DNA from: Flavobacteriaceae bacterium
GTDB lineage: Bacteria > Bacteroidota > Bacteroidia > Flavobacteriales > Flavobacteriaceae
Assembly (NCBI GenBank): GCA_041254175.1
Contig: JBESZM010000034.1
Coordinates: 20,616 to 84,615 of the forward strand
Length of the DNA stretch: 64,000 nucleotides
Reading direction: 5' to 3'
The translations under genes were made by a program, and so were the position numbers. The notes below the pieces were generated by a model. The model made no database searches. It was given only the letters and a program-made list of their open reading frames with translations, and was not told the origin of the DNA. Below, piece after piece: positions 1 through 9,171 of the stretch. The first letter of the stretch is position 1. Each line of letters begins with the position of its first letter.

Positions 1-32
1 TCTCAAAAATAATAATTATCAATTGGAATGCC

Positions 33-40
33 TACTTTTG
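33..40 (+). promoter_or_regulatory. Bacteroidota sigma-A -7 box (TACTTTTG) for rbfA
   Basis: Exact match to TAnnTTTG, 6 nt upstream of ATG 47. It lies inside the TTG-extended ORF 23..448. Confidence 0.5.
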
Positions 41-46
41 TCCATT

Positions 47-448
47 ATGGGTATGGAAGAAACGCCAAGACAAAAAAAAGTGGCCACAGCAATCCAACAG
101 GAACTGGCCGCCATGCTTCAGGGAGCCATCAGAAATCAAGGGGCCTCCAATCTGGTGCTTTCCATCACCAAGGTCAACGTAACCATAGATCTATCTTTGG
201 CCAAAGTCTATCTGAGCATTTTTCCACAAGACAAGGCCGATACCTACTTAAAAGGCATTCAAGAAAACAAGTCCCAAATCAGGCACGACATGTCTCAAAG
301 AATGAAAAACCAATTGCGACGCATGCCCGAATTTTCGTTCTATATCGATGACTCTCTGGATTATGTAGATGCGATAGAAAAAGCCTTGAATCAACCCGAC
401 AACCCCATTGAAGATCCAAAGGAGCTTCCCAAAAGACAAAAAAAGTAA
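47..448 (+). CDS. rbfA: ribosome-binding factor A
   Basis: ORF 23..448 has an RbfA-like sequence (LVLSITKVNVTIDLSLAKVYLS, RRMPEFSFYIDDS). ATG 47 is preferred because the -7 box sits at 33-40. Confidence 0.85.
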   Translation: MGMEETPRQKKVATAIQQELAAMLQGAIRNQGASNLVLSITKVNVTIDLSLAKVYLSIFPQDKADTYLKGIQENKSQIRHDMSQRMKNQLRRMPEFSFYIDDSLDYVDAIEKALNQPDNPIEDPKELPKRQKK

Positions 449-451
449 ATC

Positions 452-1639
452 ATGCCGGTTGTTTTCAAAATCGCTTGGCGTTATTTTTTCTCCAAAAGCG
501 GACAAACCGTAATCAACAGGATCAACTCCATTGCACTTCTGGTCATTGTGGTGGCTACGGCAGCACTGATGATTGTATTGAGTGCCTTTTCGGGTTTGAA
601 GGATTTCGGACTGTCTTTCTCAAATGTCTTTGACCCCGACTTGCGGGTCGTGGCCAAACAAGGAAAAACCATACTGCTGGACAGCAGCCAAATCCATCGA
701 TTGGAAAAAGCAGAGGATCTCAAAGCCTTTAGTCCCATTCTGGAGGAAAAAGTATTTCTTTCCTTTAAAGAAAAAAACCAAGTGGCCTACCTCAAAGGGG
801 TGGGGCCGGATTACCTCGATGTTATTCCCGCAGATTCTCTGGTAGCGGTTGGGGAGTGGTTGGTTCCCGAATCCAATGCCATTGTTGCCGGCTATGGAAT
901 AGGTGCGGGTATGGACCTGGGCGTATACGACTATGGCTCTTTTCTCAACATCAGCATCCCCCGAAAAAATCTAAAAAGCAGCTTGAGACAAAACCCTTTT
1001 TACACCCAACAGGCCATTACCATAGGTTTGTATCAAATCAGTGAAGACATTGATCAAAAATACATTTTCAGCTCTTTGGATTTTGCCCGAGACCTGTTGC
1101 AATACCCCCAAAATGTTTTCTCTTCCATTGAAATAAAAGCCACTGCGGAAGCCGAACTGAAAGATTTAAAAAAGACGATTCAGAAAATAATGGGTGACTC
1201 GGTTGAGATCAAAGACCGAATACAACTCAATACCGCCCTCTACAAAATGCTCAACACAGAACACCTGGCCATCTATCTTATTTTCACTTTGGTACTGATC
1301 ATTGCCCTCTTCAATGTAGTAGGTGCCTTAGTGATGATGATTTTGGACAAAAAACCTCAGATGAATATTCTAAAAGCCATGGGGATTACCCAACAACAGT
1401 TGCGCCAGACCTTTTTCTCTCTGGGCATGTTGATCATCATTTTTGGGGGAGGGATCGGACTGGTGTTGTCTTCAGTTGTGATCTTGATTCAACAATGGAT
1501 TCCCTTCATTAATGTCCCGGGTACTTCTTTGGCTTATCCGGTAAAATGGGAGTTGGAAAACTTGCTTTTGGTGATGGGAACCCTGCTTTTGTTGGGCAGT
1601 CTTGCCTCGGCATGGGCCAGTCGTGGGGTAAGACAATAG
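452..1639 (+). CDS. FtsX-like ABC transporter permease (LolC/E family)
   Basis: 395 aa with an N-terminal TM, a large periplasmic loop and three C-terminal TMs, typical of FtsX/LolE permeases. Starts 3 nt after rbfA. Confidence 0.8.
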   Translation: MPVVFKIAWRYFFSKSGQTVINRINSIALLVIVVATAALMIVLSAFSGLKDFGLSFSNVFDPDLRVVAKQGKTILLDSSQIHRLEKAEDLKAFSPILEEKVFLSFKEKNQVAYLKGVGPDYLDVIPADSLVAVGEWLVPESNAIVAGYGIGAGMDLGVYDYGSFLNISIPRKNLKSSLRQNPFYTQQAITIGLYQISEDIDQKYIFSSLDFARDLLQYPQNVFSSIEIKATAEAELKDLKKTIQKIMGDSVEIKDRIQLNTALYKMLNTEHLAIYLIFTLVLIIALFNVVGALVMMILDKKPQMNILKAMGITQQQLRQTFFSLGMLIIIFGGGIGLVLSSVVILIQQWIPFINVPGTSLAYPVKWELENLLLVMGTLLLLGSLASAWASRGVRQ

Positions 1640-1640
1640 A

Positions 1641-2633
1641 TTAAACCCAAGCCGGTTCAACCACTTCCTCCAAAACGCGGTTAAGGGTGTCAAAAACCTC
1701 CTTGGGATCATTGGCAGTAACCATGGCGGTTCTGTAAGGTTTAAAATTGGGAATTCCCTTAAAGTAATTGGTGTAATGGCGTCTGGTCTCCAAAACTCCC
1801 AAAACCTCACCTTTCCAGGCAATAGACATTTCCAAGTGCCTTTTGGCCACCTCAACCCGGTCTTTTAGCGTGGGGGGATCGCAATGCGTTCCTTTTTCAA
1901 AATAGTGTTTGACTTGATTGAAAAACCAGGGATTCCCGATACTGGCCCTCCCGATCATGGCACCATCCAAACCATAACGGTCGCGCATTTCCATGGCTCT
2001 TTCGGGACTGTCCACATCTCCGTTTCCAAAAACAGGAATGTGCATTCTGGGATTGTTCTTGACCTCGGCAATGGGTTTCCAATCGGCGTCGCCTTTGTAC
2101 ATTTGAGCCCGGGTCCTCCCATGGATGGAAATGGCTTTGGCTCCGGCATCCTGCAATCGCTCAGCCACCTCCACGATCTTGATCGAGTCATGATCCCAGC
2201 CCAAACGCGTTTTGACCGTCAATGGCAATGAAGTGTGTTTGGCCATTTCGGCTGTCAGTTTCACCATCAGTGGAATGTCTCTCAGAATTCCCGCTCCGGC
2301 CCCTTTGCTCACAACCTTTTTTACGGGGCAACCAAAGTTGATGTCGATGATATCGGGCTTAGACGCCTCAACAATTTCTACAGAGCGTAACATGGAGTCC
2401 AAATTGGCCCCAAAAATTTGTATGCCCACAGGACGCTCTTTTTCGTAAATGTCTAGTTTCTGAACGCTTTTTGCGGCATCACGGATCAAGCCCTCGCTGG
2501 AAATGAATTCGGTATAAACCACATCGGCACCATTTTCCTTACACAAGGCACGGAAAGGTGGATCGCTGACATCCTCCATGGGAGCCAACAACAAAGGAAA
2601 ATTCCCTACCGATATGTCGCCAATTTTGACCAC
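1641..2633 (-). CDS. dusB: tRNA-dihydrouridine synthase
   Basis: 330 aa with the Dus signature LAPMEDVSDPPFR, a FGCP motif and a TIM-barrel flavoenzyme pattern. GTG start. Confidence 0.88.
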   Translation of the reverse strand: MVKIGDISVGNFPLLLAPMEDVSDPPFRALCKENGADVVYTEFISSEGLIRDAAKSVQKLDIYEKERPVGIQIFGANLDSMLRSVEIVEASKPDIIDINFGCPVKKVVSKGAGAGILRDIPLMVKLTAEMAKHTSLPLTVKTRLGWDHDSIKIVEVAERLQDAGAKAISIHGRTRAQMYKGDADWKPIAEVKNNPRMHIPVFGNGDVDSPERAMEMRDRYGLDGAMIGRASIGNPWFFNQVKHYFEKGTHCDPPTLKDRVEVAKRHLEMSIAWKGEVLGVLETRRHYTNYFKGIPNFKPYRTAMVTANDPKEVFDTLNRVLEEVVEPAWV

Positions 2634-2646
2634 TTCAACTTTTTTA

Positions 2647-2654
2647 CAAAAGTA
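2647..2654 (-). promoter_or_regulatory. -7 box (TACTTTTG on minus strand) for dusB
   Basis: The reverse complement of caaaagta matches TAnnTTTG, 13 nt upstream of the GTG start at 2633. Confidence 0.5.
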
Positions 2655-2680
2655 GCAAAATCCTTTGCGATATCAGGCTA

Positions 2681-3550
2681 CTATTCTAACCCAAAAGTGT
2701 TTACGATGTTTTGGGTGAAATCTGCATCCCAAATTTCAGCTACAGTTCCGTTATTGAGATAATATATCCTCGGCGGAGAATCTCCAATTAAATCAAAAAA
2801 GGTATTGACATCGATAAAGGCATGGGGAGAGGAAGATTGGGTGATGCTTTCAAAGCCCGCTACGGTGGTGGATCCTTCTTGATAAAAAAGCACGTAGAGC
2901 TCCGGAAAGTTCTCGTGTTGTCTCTGTAGTTCGCCCAAATCTGTAGCGGCCTCCTGACAATGTTCACAGTCCAAATTAAAAATAGCGATCAGCTTTTCTC
3001 CGGAGGAAAGGTCAACTCTCCCTTTGGGTTCAAAGTGCGTAAAGTTTTCGAAGGGAAAATCCTCATGATTGGGCATGGGTAAAAACAACCACATGCTGAG
3101 AATGGTTGCCCCGGTAAATCCCAAAGGAATGATTTTAGAGATGTTTCGGGTTTGAGCGGTTTTGTAAACCACAAAGGCCACTGCCAGCATGACCAAATTC
3201 TTGAGGATGGATTGCTCGGGAGTCATCGAGATCATCTCACCAAAACAACCACAATTTTCCGTATCTCCTATGGCCCACAAATAGATCAAATGAACCGTAA
3301 AACCCCCCAACATTAAAAAAGTGATTTGCATTAATTGTTTGACATAAAAGGGCAAAAGCATCAATAGCCCCAAGGCAAACTCCAATCCTATAAAAAACCG
3401 GGCCATATGACCGGCAAAAACCCTGCCGGGAGCCAAGCCCTGATCCATCAAAGTGATTTCAAAAAAACCCGGGCCTACTGCTTTGGTATAGGCTGAAAAT
3501 ATAAAAGTGACGGCCAAAAGCAGTTGAAGTGTTTTTGAGAGGTATTTCAT
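2681..3550 (-). CDS. MauE/DoxX-type membrane protein fused to a thioredoxin-like (TlpA-like) domain
   Basis: 289 aa. The N-terminal half has 4-5 TMs with the NCGCFGE motif typical of MauE. The C-terminal soluble half has a CEHC (CxxC) motif in a thioredoxin-like context. Confidence 0.65.
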   Translation of the reverse strand: MKYLSKTLQLLLAVTFIFSAYTKAVGPGFFEITLMDQGLAPGRVFAGHMARFFIGLEFALGLLMLLPFYVKQLMQITFLMLGGFTVHLIYLWAIGDTENCGCFGEMISMTPEQSILKNLVMLAVAFVVYKTAQTRNISKIIPLGFTGATILSMWLFLPMPNHEDFPFENFTHFEPKGRVDLSSGEKLIAIFNLDCEHCQEAATDLGELQRQHENFPELYVLFYQEGSTTVAGFESITQSSSPHAFIDVNTFFDLIGDSPPRIYYLNNGTVAEIWDADFTQNIVNTFGLE

Positions 3551-3702
3551 GCGTTTAAATCTATGTTAACTAACTGATATTTAATCATTCCTGTCTGCCG
3601 ACAGGCAGGTCCTTTTAATGAGGAATTTTTCTTGGCTGTTTTAAATCCCTCCATGAGGGTTTCATTTCAAAAATTTTAGTGAATTTAATGAAAAAAACAA
3701 CC

Positions 3703-4527
3703 CTATAAACCTTCTTTGATCTTATTCCAGTCTAAATCAAAAGGGAGGGTTTTAAAATCATCGGAGGGTTTGTATTCCAATGATCTTTTTATTCTGGCGT
3801 TATTGTGTGGATGAGACATTAAAAACTCTATTTTCTCATTATAATTGAGGTTTTCTCTGTTGAGTTTTCTAAAAAAGGCTGCAATAATCCTGGGGGAGAT
3901 CCCGGCTTTTTCCAGCAGTTGCATCGCATACTCGTCTGACTCTTTTTCCTGTTTGCGATCAAAGGATGAAGAAATTGTCGTTTTCCAAAGTTCCGAAAGC
4001 AAAACAGTATCACTGCCACTAATTATACCAAACAAAAGCGATACTGTAAACTCTTTTAAAATTCTTGAAACTGTATGTCTTTTTTCTACATGGGCGATCT
4101 CGTGGGCAAGAACTGCTGCCAATTGTTCGGGAGATTCGCAAAATGAAATTAATGCTTTGCTGATAAAAATCTTACCCCCCGGAATTGTATAAGCATTTAC
4201 GGTTTTGCTTTCAATAATTTTAATCTGATAATCATATTCTGAAACGGGTATTTGTGTTTTTAACCTGGAAGTGATCACCCATAGGGCAGAATCTATAGAA
4301 CTGTTGTGTAACAAATCCATTTCTCGTTCTTTCAAGACATATTCCTCAATGATTTCCCCTAATTGAATCTCTTTTTCATAAGACAGTAAATGGGTGTTGT
4401 TATCATTGAGCAACCAAATGGAGTTTGAGGTTTCTGCCAAGACCAGAAAACCCAAGTAAATGATCAGAAAAAGCCCCCCAAAGAGCAGTAACAATTTGAT
4501 GAAATCCTTTTGAATTTTTCCCAACAT
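3703..4527 (-). CDS. membrane-anchored M48 family zinc metallopeptidase
   Basis: 274 aa with an N-terminal TM, HEIAHVEKRH (HExxH) and a downstream ESDEYA glutamate. Confidence 0.8.
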   Translation of the reverse strand: MLGKIQKDFIKLLLLFGGLFLIIYLGFLVLAETSNSIWLLNDNNTHLLSYEKEIQLGEIIEEYVLKEREMDLLHNSSIDSALWVITSRLKTQIPVSEYDYQIKIIESKTVNAYTIPGGKIFISKALISFCESPEQLAAVLAHEIAHVEKRHTVSRILKEFTVSLLFGIISGSDTVLLSELWKTTISSSFDRKQEKESDEYAMQLLEKAGISPRIIAAFFRKLNRENLNYNEKIEFLMSHPHNNARIKRSLEYKPSDDFKTLPFDLDWNKIKEGL

Positions 4528-5045
4528 TAGAAAGGGGGCTTATTGGTCTGACCGGGGATGTCTTTTTTTTCTTCATTGGCATACTGCAATGGGTTTAATC
4601 GGGAATAAACCCTTTTGTAGGCATAGGGTCCGAAGAAAATAAAATAATAGAAATTTCCTTTTCGTGCTTTGACCGCAGCAACAATACTGAAGATGACATA
4701 GATCAAATTGGCAATGATGACCAAAACAATATAGGCAAAGAAAAAATTGCTTTCTAAGTGGTTATGAAAAAAATAAACCTGAAGCCCCCAGTAGAGCAGG
4801 CCCCAATTCAATAATGTTGTAGGAATTTGCGACAGAAAAGATTGCAAACAGTGGAAATGAATGAACCTTGATTTTTTTCTGTTTACAAAATAGTAAATCA
4901 ATGCCGCAATTAGATTAATCACCGGCAAGGGCAAGCCAACAGCAAAAGCAGCAAACATCATCAGATAGGCTCCCATTCCATCCTCTTTTTCCCTTTCTGG
5001 CAATTGATCCGGCTGGGGGAGGTTTACAAATTCCTCTGAACTCAT
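4527..5045 (-). CDS. DUF4870-like polytopic membrane protein
   Basis: 172 aa with 4 predicted TMs. Its stop overlaps the M48 start (ATGA-type 1-nt overlap). The family name is from memory. Confidence 0.55.
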   Translation of the reverse strand: MSSEEFVNLPQPDQLPEREKEDGMGAYLMMFAAFAVGLPLPVINLIAALIYYFVNRKKSRFIHFHCLQSFLSQIPTTLLNWGLLYWGLQVYFFHNHLESNFFFAYIVLVIIANLIYVIFSIVAAVKARKGNFYYFIFFGPYAYKRVYSRLNPLQYANEEKKDIPGQTNKPPF

Positions 5046-5067
5046 TTTTAAAAGCTTAATCTGTTAC

Positions 5068-5652
5068 TTACTCCCTACTTGAAAAAGGAGGGTAAGTGTC
5101 TGTCATGAATGACAAATACAATGATACTCTTGCATTCCAACGCATGGTTCCAACTAAAAACTCGTGCCAGCTTGCTGGGAATTTTTTAGTAAACAGTACA
5201 GAAATCCACGCCAAAAGGGTCAGTATGCCGCCCCAAACCGTTCTGAAAAAAAGAAATAACATATGCGGTAGAACAACATAAATTATTCCAAAGAAGAACC
5301 TTAATAACAACAATGATCTGCTGATTCTTTCGGGATATGGCACCTCAAAAGTCACGTGTTCATCGGTTGCCGTTAGTCCAAATCGTGGATAATCGTCTGC
5401 CAGGTTGCCGACTCTGGCATTGACTCTGAGTTGCCACCTCATCAATTGAACTTGATATTCAAACATACTCTCAGGATAGCGTCCGGAGAATAAAACCACC
5501 CAAAATGCAACAAAGGCTAAAATGCCTCCCCAGATGCTCAGAAAGAATAAAATAAAAGCATGGGGCAGGACAATGTAAAAAGCACCAAAAAGGGTTCTCA
5601 AAATCAATTCTGTCCTTGAATAAGACTCTTGGTGAACTACAGTTAATTTCAT
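5068..5652 (-). CDS. DUF4389-like membrane protein with internal tandem duplication
   Basis: 194 aa with two homologous halves sharing LR..FG..Y.VLPH...LFF...WGGIL...VLF...P.S..E...MRW..RV....D.YP.F. Confidence 0.55.
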   Translation of the reverse strand: MKLTVVHQESYSRTELILRTLFGAFYIVLPHAFILFFLSIWGGILAFVAFWVVLFSGRYPESMFEYQVQLMRWQLRVNARVGNLADDYPRFGLTATDEHVTFEVPYPERISRSLLLLRFFFGIIYVVLPHMLFLFFRTVWGGILTLLAWISVLFTKKFPASWHEFLVGTMRWNARVSLYLSFMTDTYPPFSSRE

Positions 5653-5751
5653 GATAAAGTAAAATTTGGTTTCCCTTCTAATTTAATAAAAAACTGCAAC
5701 TTGAAAATCAAAAATTATCGCAAAAGGAAAAAAGCAAGTATTCAAAATAAG

Positions 5752-5759
5752 TATCTTTG
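5752..5759 (+). promoter_or_regulatory. -7 box (TATCTTTG) for lepA
   Basis: Exact TAnnTTTG, 23 nt upstream of ATG 5783. Confidence 0.5.
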
Positions 5760-5782
5760 CCCCAGTAGAGGAAAATGCGCGG

Positions 5783-7579
5783 ATGAAACACATTAGAAAT
5801 TTTTGCATAATCGCCCACATCGACCACGGTAAAAGCACCCTTGCGGATCGTTTACTGGACTTTACTGGGGCAGTGACCTCCCGTGAAAAACAGGAGCAGT
5901 TGCTAGACGATATGGATTTGGAACGGGAGAGAGGGATTACGATCAAATCCCACGCCATCCAAATGGAATACGAGCATGAGGGAGAGCAATACGTTTTTAA
6001 CCTGATTGATACTCCGGGACACGTAGATTTTTCCTACGAGGTTTCCCGCTCCATTGCTGCTTGTGAAGGCGCGCTATTGGTGGTGGATGCCGCACAAAGC
6101 ATTCAGGCGCAAACCATTTCCAACCTTTACCTTGCCCTTGAAAATGATCTGGAAATCATTCCTGTTCTCAATAAAGTAGACCTTCCCTCTGCCAATCCCG
6201 AAGAAGTTACCGATGATATTGTTGACTTGTTGGGCTGCGATGCCGAAGAGGTCATTCCTGCCTCTGCCAAGACAGGACTGGGAATTGAGGACATTTTAAC
6301 TGCTATTATTGAACGCATACCCCCCCCAAAAGGAGAGGTAGATGCTCCACTACAAGCCTTGATCTTTGACTCCGTATACAACCCTTTTCGAGGGGTGGAA
6401 ACTTACTTTAGGGTCGTCAACGGTGAGATCAGAAAGGGACAAAAAATACAATTTATCGCTACGGGAAAAACCTATTTCGCCGACGAAATTGGAACGCTAA
6501 AGCTAAAACAAGAACCCAAAAAAGTCATTGCCGCAGGAGATGTCGGTTACCTCATCACAGGCATCAAAGAAGCCAAAGAAGTAAAAGTGGGAGATACCCT
6601 TACAGGTGCGGACAACCCAACCCAAGAAGTTATCGAAGGTTTTGAAGAGGTAAAACCCATGGTGTTTGCAGGAATTTATCCCGTAGATACAGAGGATTAT
6701 GAGGAGCTGCGCGCCAGTATGGAAAAGCTACAGTTGAATGATGCCTCACTGGTCTTTGTGCCGGAAAGCTCCGCAGCACTGGGGTTTGGCTTTCGTTGTG
6801 GTTTTCTGGGCATGCTGCATTTAGAGATCATTCAAGAAAGGCTCGAACGAGAATTCAATATGACAGTGATCACTACAGTTCCCAACGTGTCCTATCACGC
6901 CTACACAAAAAAAGAACCCGATGAAATCGTCATGGTAAACAATCCCTCTGACCTGCCAGATTCCTCTTTTTTGGATCGGGTGGAAGAACCTTTTATCAAG
7001 GCCTCCATCATTACCAAATCCGACTTTGTCGGCAATGTCATGTCCCTTTGTATTGAAAAGCGCGGTCAAATTACCAATCAAACCTACCTTACCACAGAAA
7101 GAGTAGAATTAAATTTTGATATGCCGCTGGCTGAAATCGTTTTTGATTTCTACGACCGACTAAAAACTGTTTCCAAAGGCTATGCCTCATTTGACTATTC
7201 CCCCATAGGAATGCGTCCATCGAAACTGGTAAAAGTCGATATCTTGCTCAACGCCAATCCTGTAGATGCACTTTCTGCACTCATTCATGCCGACAATGCC
7301 TATTCTATCGGCAAAAAAATGTGTGAAAAGTTGAGAGAGTTGATTCCAAGGCAACAATTTGACATTCCCATTCAGGCAGCCATTGGCGCCAAAATCATTT
7401 CTCGAGAAACCATCAAAGCACTCCGAAAAGACGTTACCGCAAAATGTTATGGGGGAGACATTACCCGTAAACGTAAACTGCTCGAAAAACAGAAAAAAGG
7501 GAAAAAGAAAATGCGCCAAGTGGGGAGTGTAGAAATCCCACAACAAGCCTTTATGGCGGTATTAAAGTTAAATGATTAA
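5783..7579 (+). CDS. lepA: translation elongation factor 4
   Basis: 598 aa with GTPase motifs ([18 protein letters not shown]) and the LepA-specific C-terminal domain. Confidence 0.97.
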   Translation: MKHIRNFCIIAHIDHGKSTLADRLLDFTGAVTSREKQEQLLDDMDLERERGITIKSHAIQMEYEHEGEQYVFNLIDTPGHVDFSYEVSRSIAACEGALLVVDAAQSIQAQTISNLYLALENDLEIIPVLNKVDLPSANPEEVTDDIVDLLGCDAEEVIPASAKTGLGIEDILTAIIERIPPPKGEVDAPLQALIFDSVYNPFRGVETYFRVVNGEIRKGQKIQFIATGKTYFADEIGTLKLKQEPKKVIAAGDVGYLITGIKEAKEVKVGDTLTGADNPTQEVIEGFEEVKPMVFAGIYPVDTEDYEELRASMEKLQLNDASLVFVPESSAALGFGFRCGFLGMLHLEIIQERLEREFNMTVITTVPNVSYHAYTKKEPDEIVMVNNPSDLPDSSFLDRVEEPFIKASIITKSDFVGNVMSLCIEKRGQITNQTYLTTERVELNFDMPLAEIVFDFYDRLKTVSKGYASFDYSPIGMRPSKLVKVDILLNANPVDALSALIHADNAYSIGKKMCEKLRELIPRQQFDIPIQAAIGAKIISRETIKALRKDVTAKCYGGDITRKRKLLEKQKKGKKKMRQVGSVEIPQQAFMAVLKLND

Positions 7580-7598
7580 ACGTCTGTAGCCCCCCCCT

Positions 7599-7991
7599 TT
7601 GAAATCTTTTTTTAGCCACTCATTACTGATCATATTCCTGACTTCTCTCATCCGTCCTGTCTTTCCGGTTGTGGATTATATGGTCAACTTCGATTATATC
7701 GCAGAGGTGCTGTGTATTAAAAAAGAAGTGCCCGAAAGCAGCTGTAATGGAAAGTGCTACCTCATGCAGCAAATGGAGGAAAATAAAAATGAAAGCCCGG
7801 AAAGTAGCGTCCCAAAAACCCAATGGGAAATCCAACTTTTATCACTTCATAAACCAATGTCTTATGTTTTGTTTTTTAAAGAATCCCATAGGAAATTAGT
7901 TTTTAGCTCTTCTCCGATTTCTTTCAAAACCTATCATTTGCCCCCCGACACTCCCCCTCCCCAACAAAAAAGTAACTCCGCCCAAGCTTGA
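7599..7991 (+). CDS. hypothetical membrane-anchored protein with C-x13-CNGKC motif
   Basis: 130 aa with a TTG start, one N-terminal TM, then VLCIKKEVPESSCNGKCYL and a Pro-rich tail. No family recognised with certainty. Confidence 0.45.
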   Translation: MKSFFSHSLLIIFLTSLIRPVFPVVDYMVNFDYIAEVLCIKKEVPESSCNGKCYLMQQMEENKNESPESSVPKTQWEIQLLSLHKPMSYVLFFKESHRKLVFSSSPISFKTYHLPPDTPPPQQKSNSAQA

Positions 7992-8032
7992 TTCTCAAGC
8001 AAAACACTTTTTTGTTCTATTAAAAACCTATC

Positions 8033-9064
8033 ATGAAAAAAATATCAGTATGCCTCTATGGCGCTTTACTGCTGTGTTCTCAATGGAACACGGCTCAAAA
8101 AAATCAGTGGACCTCGAACAGACCCGATGGTCACGCTCCCATTAGTGTCATGGGAGATCACTACCACAAAAAAGGAGAGTGGATGTTCTCCTACCGTTTG
8201 ATGACCATGGGAATGGAGGGTGCGCGTTCCGGCACCAAGGACATGGGCAGCGGTAGCATTCACCAAAATTATATGGTCGCCCCGAAAAAAATGAATATGC
8301 AAATGCATATGTTGGGCATGATGTACGCCTATTCGGATGGGCTTACGATGATGTTGATGGGGAATTATTCTGCCCTTTCAATGGACTTAGTAAGTCGAAT
8401 GAATGCTGATTTTTCCACCGGGTCAAAAGGGTTCGGAGACCTCTCTTTGATGGCATTGGTAAAGCTTTACAATCAAAATCGAAAATCGATTCATCTGCAA
8501 GCCGGAGTTTCCATTCCAACGGGAAGCATCGATCAAAAAGACGATACGCCAATGATGTCCAATGCCCCCTTGGCCTATCCCATGCAATTGGGCAGTGGAA
8601 CTTGGGATCCCGTGATCGGTCTTACCTATCTGGGGCAATCTTCCCTTTTGTCTTGGGGTTGGCAAGTCAATTATAAACTCCGCACCGGAAAAAACGACAA
8701 TGATTATCGACTCGGAAATACATTTGAGACCTTGGGTTGGGGAGCAGTTAAATTGTCTCAAAAATGGAGCTTGGCAACACAGCTCAAGTACATTAAACGT
8801 TCTGAGATAAAAGGACGATACGCTGCTCTCAATCCGATGATGATGCCTCTATTTGATGCGAACAATTCGGGAGGAAGTCAATGGAATCTCGGTTTTAGTA
8901 CCAACTGGTATTTTCCCAACGGCCCTTTAAAGAATTTTCGCTTGGGTGCGGGCTACGAGATCCCTGTATATCAGCACCTGGAGGGCATTCAAATGAAAAC
9001 CAAAAGCCTTTTGACCTTTGGAGTTCAATACAGTTTTAAAGCCAAAAAAGAAAAAGAGGAGTAA
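8033..9064 (+). CDS. outer-membrane beta-barrel 'transporter' protein (phenol-degradation MetA-like), Met/His-rich
   Basis: 343 aa with a signal peptide, alternating beta-strand pattern and C-terminal aromatic residue. The N-terminal third is very Met/His-rich (GDHYHKKGEWM, MNMQMHMLGMMY). Confidence 0.6.
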   Translation: MKKISVCLYGALLLCSQWNTAQKNQWTSNRPDGHAPISVMGDHYHKKGEWMFSYRLMTMGMEGARSGTKDMGSGSIHQNYMVAPKKMNMQMHMLGMMYAYSDGLTMMLMGNYSALSMDLVSRMNADFSTGSKGFGDLSLMALVKLYNQNRKSIHLQAGVSIPTGSIDQKDDTPMMSNAPLAYPMQLGSGTWDPVIGLTYLGQSSLLSWGWQVNYKLRTGKNDNDYRLGNTFETLGWGAVKLSQKWSLATQLKYIKRSEIKGRYAALNPMMMPLFDANNSGGSQWNLGFSTNWYFPNGPLKNFRLGAGYEIPVYQHLEGIQMKTKSLLTFGVQYSFKAKKEKEE

Positions 9065-9082
9065 TCGGTTTCTCACTCAATT

Positions 9083-9135
9083 CACCCCTGTAAAAAATGG
9101 TATAATTACTCTTTTCAGGGGTGATTTTGATTTGA
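9083..9135 (+). terminator. Rho-independent terminator after the OMP gene
   Basis: Stem CACCCCTGtAAAA / TTTTcCAGGGGTG (13 positions, 1 mismatch) spans 9083-9123 and is followed by ATTTTGATTTG. Confidence 0.6.
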
Positions 9136-9171
9136 TGTTTAAAAAAGATACATTCGTGGGAAACCCATTCT

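Noticed and set aside
3590-3609. Hairpin CCTGTCTG-ccga-CAGGCAGG, and a second small stem CCCTC-cat-GAGGG near 3643-3660, in the 152-bp gap between the M48 and MauE/DoxX genes, considered as a terminator for the M48 operon.
   Set aside because: On the transcribed (minus) strand neither stem is followed by a U-tract, and the stems are short or imperfect. I could not support a terminator call.
5653-5782. Divergent junction (minus-strand genes to the left, a long run of plus-strand genes from lepA to rnpA to the right), considered as an alternative origin position.
   Set aside because: The gap is only 130 bp, contains an ordinary lepA -7 box, and I saw no DnaA-box-like 9-mers or repeat structure. 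Gene-strand bias alone is weak evidence.
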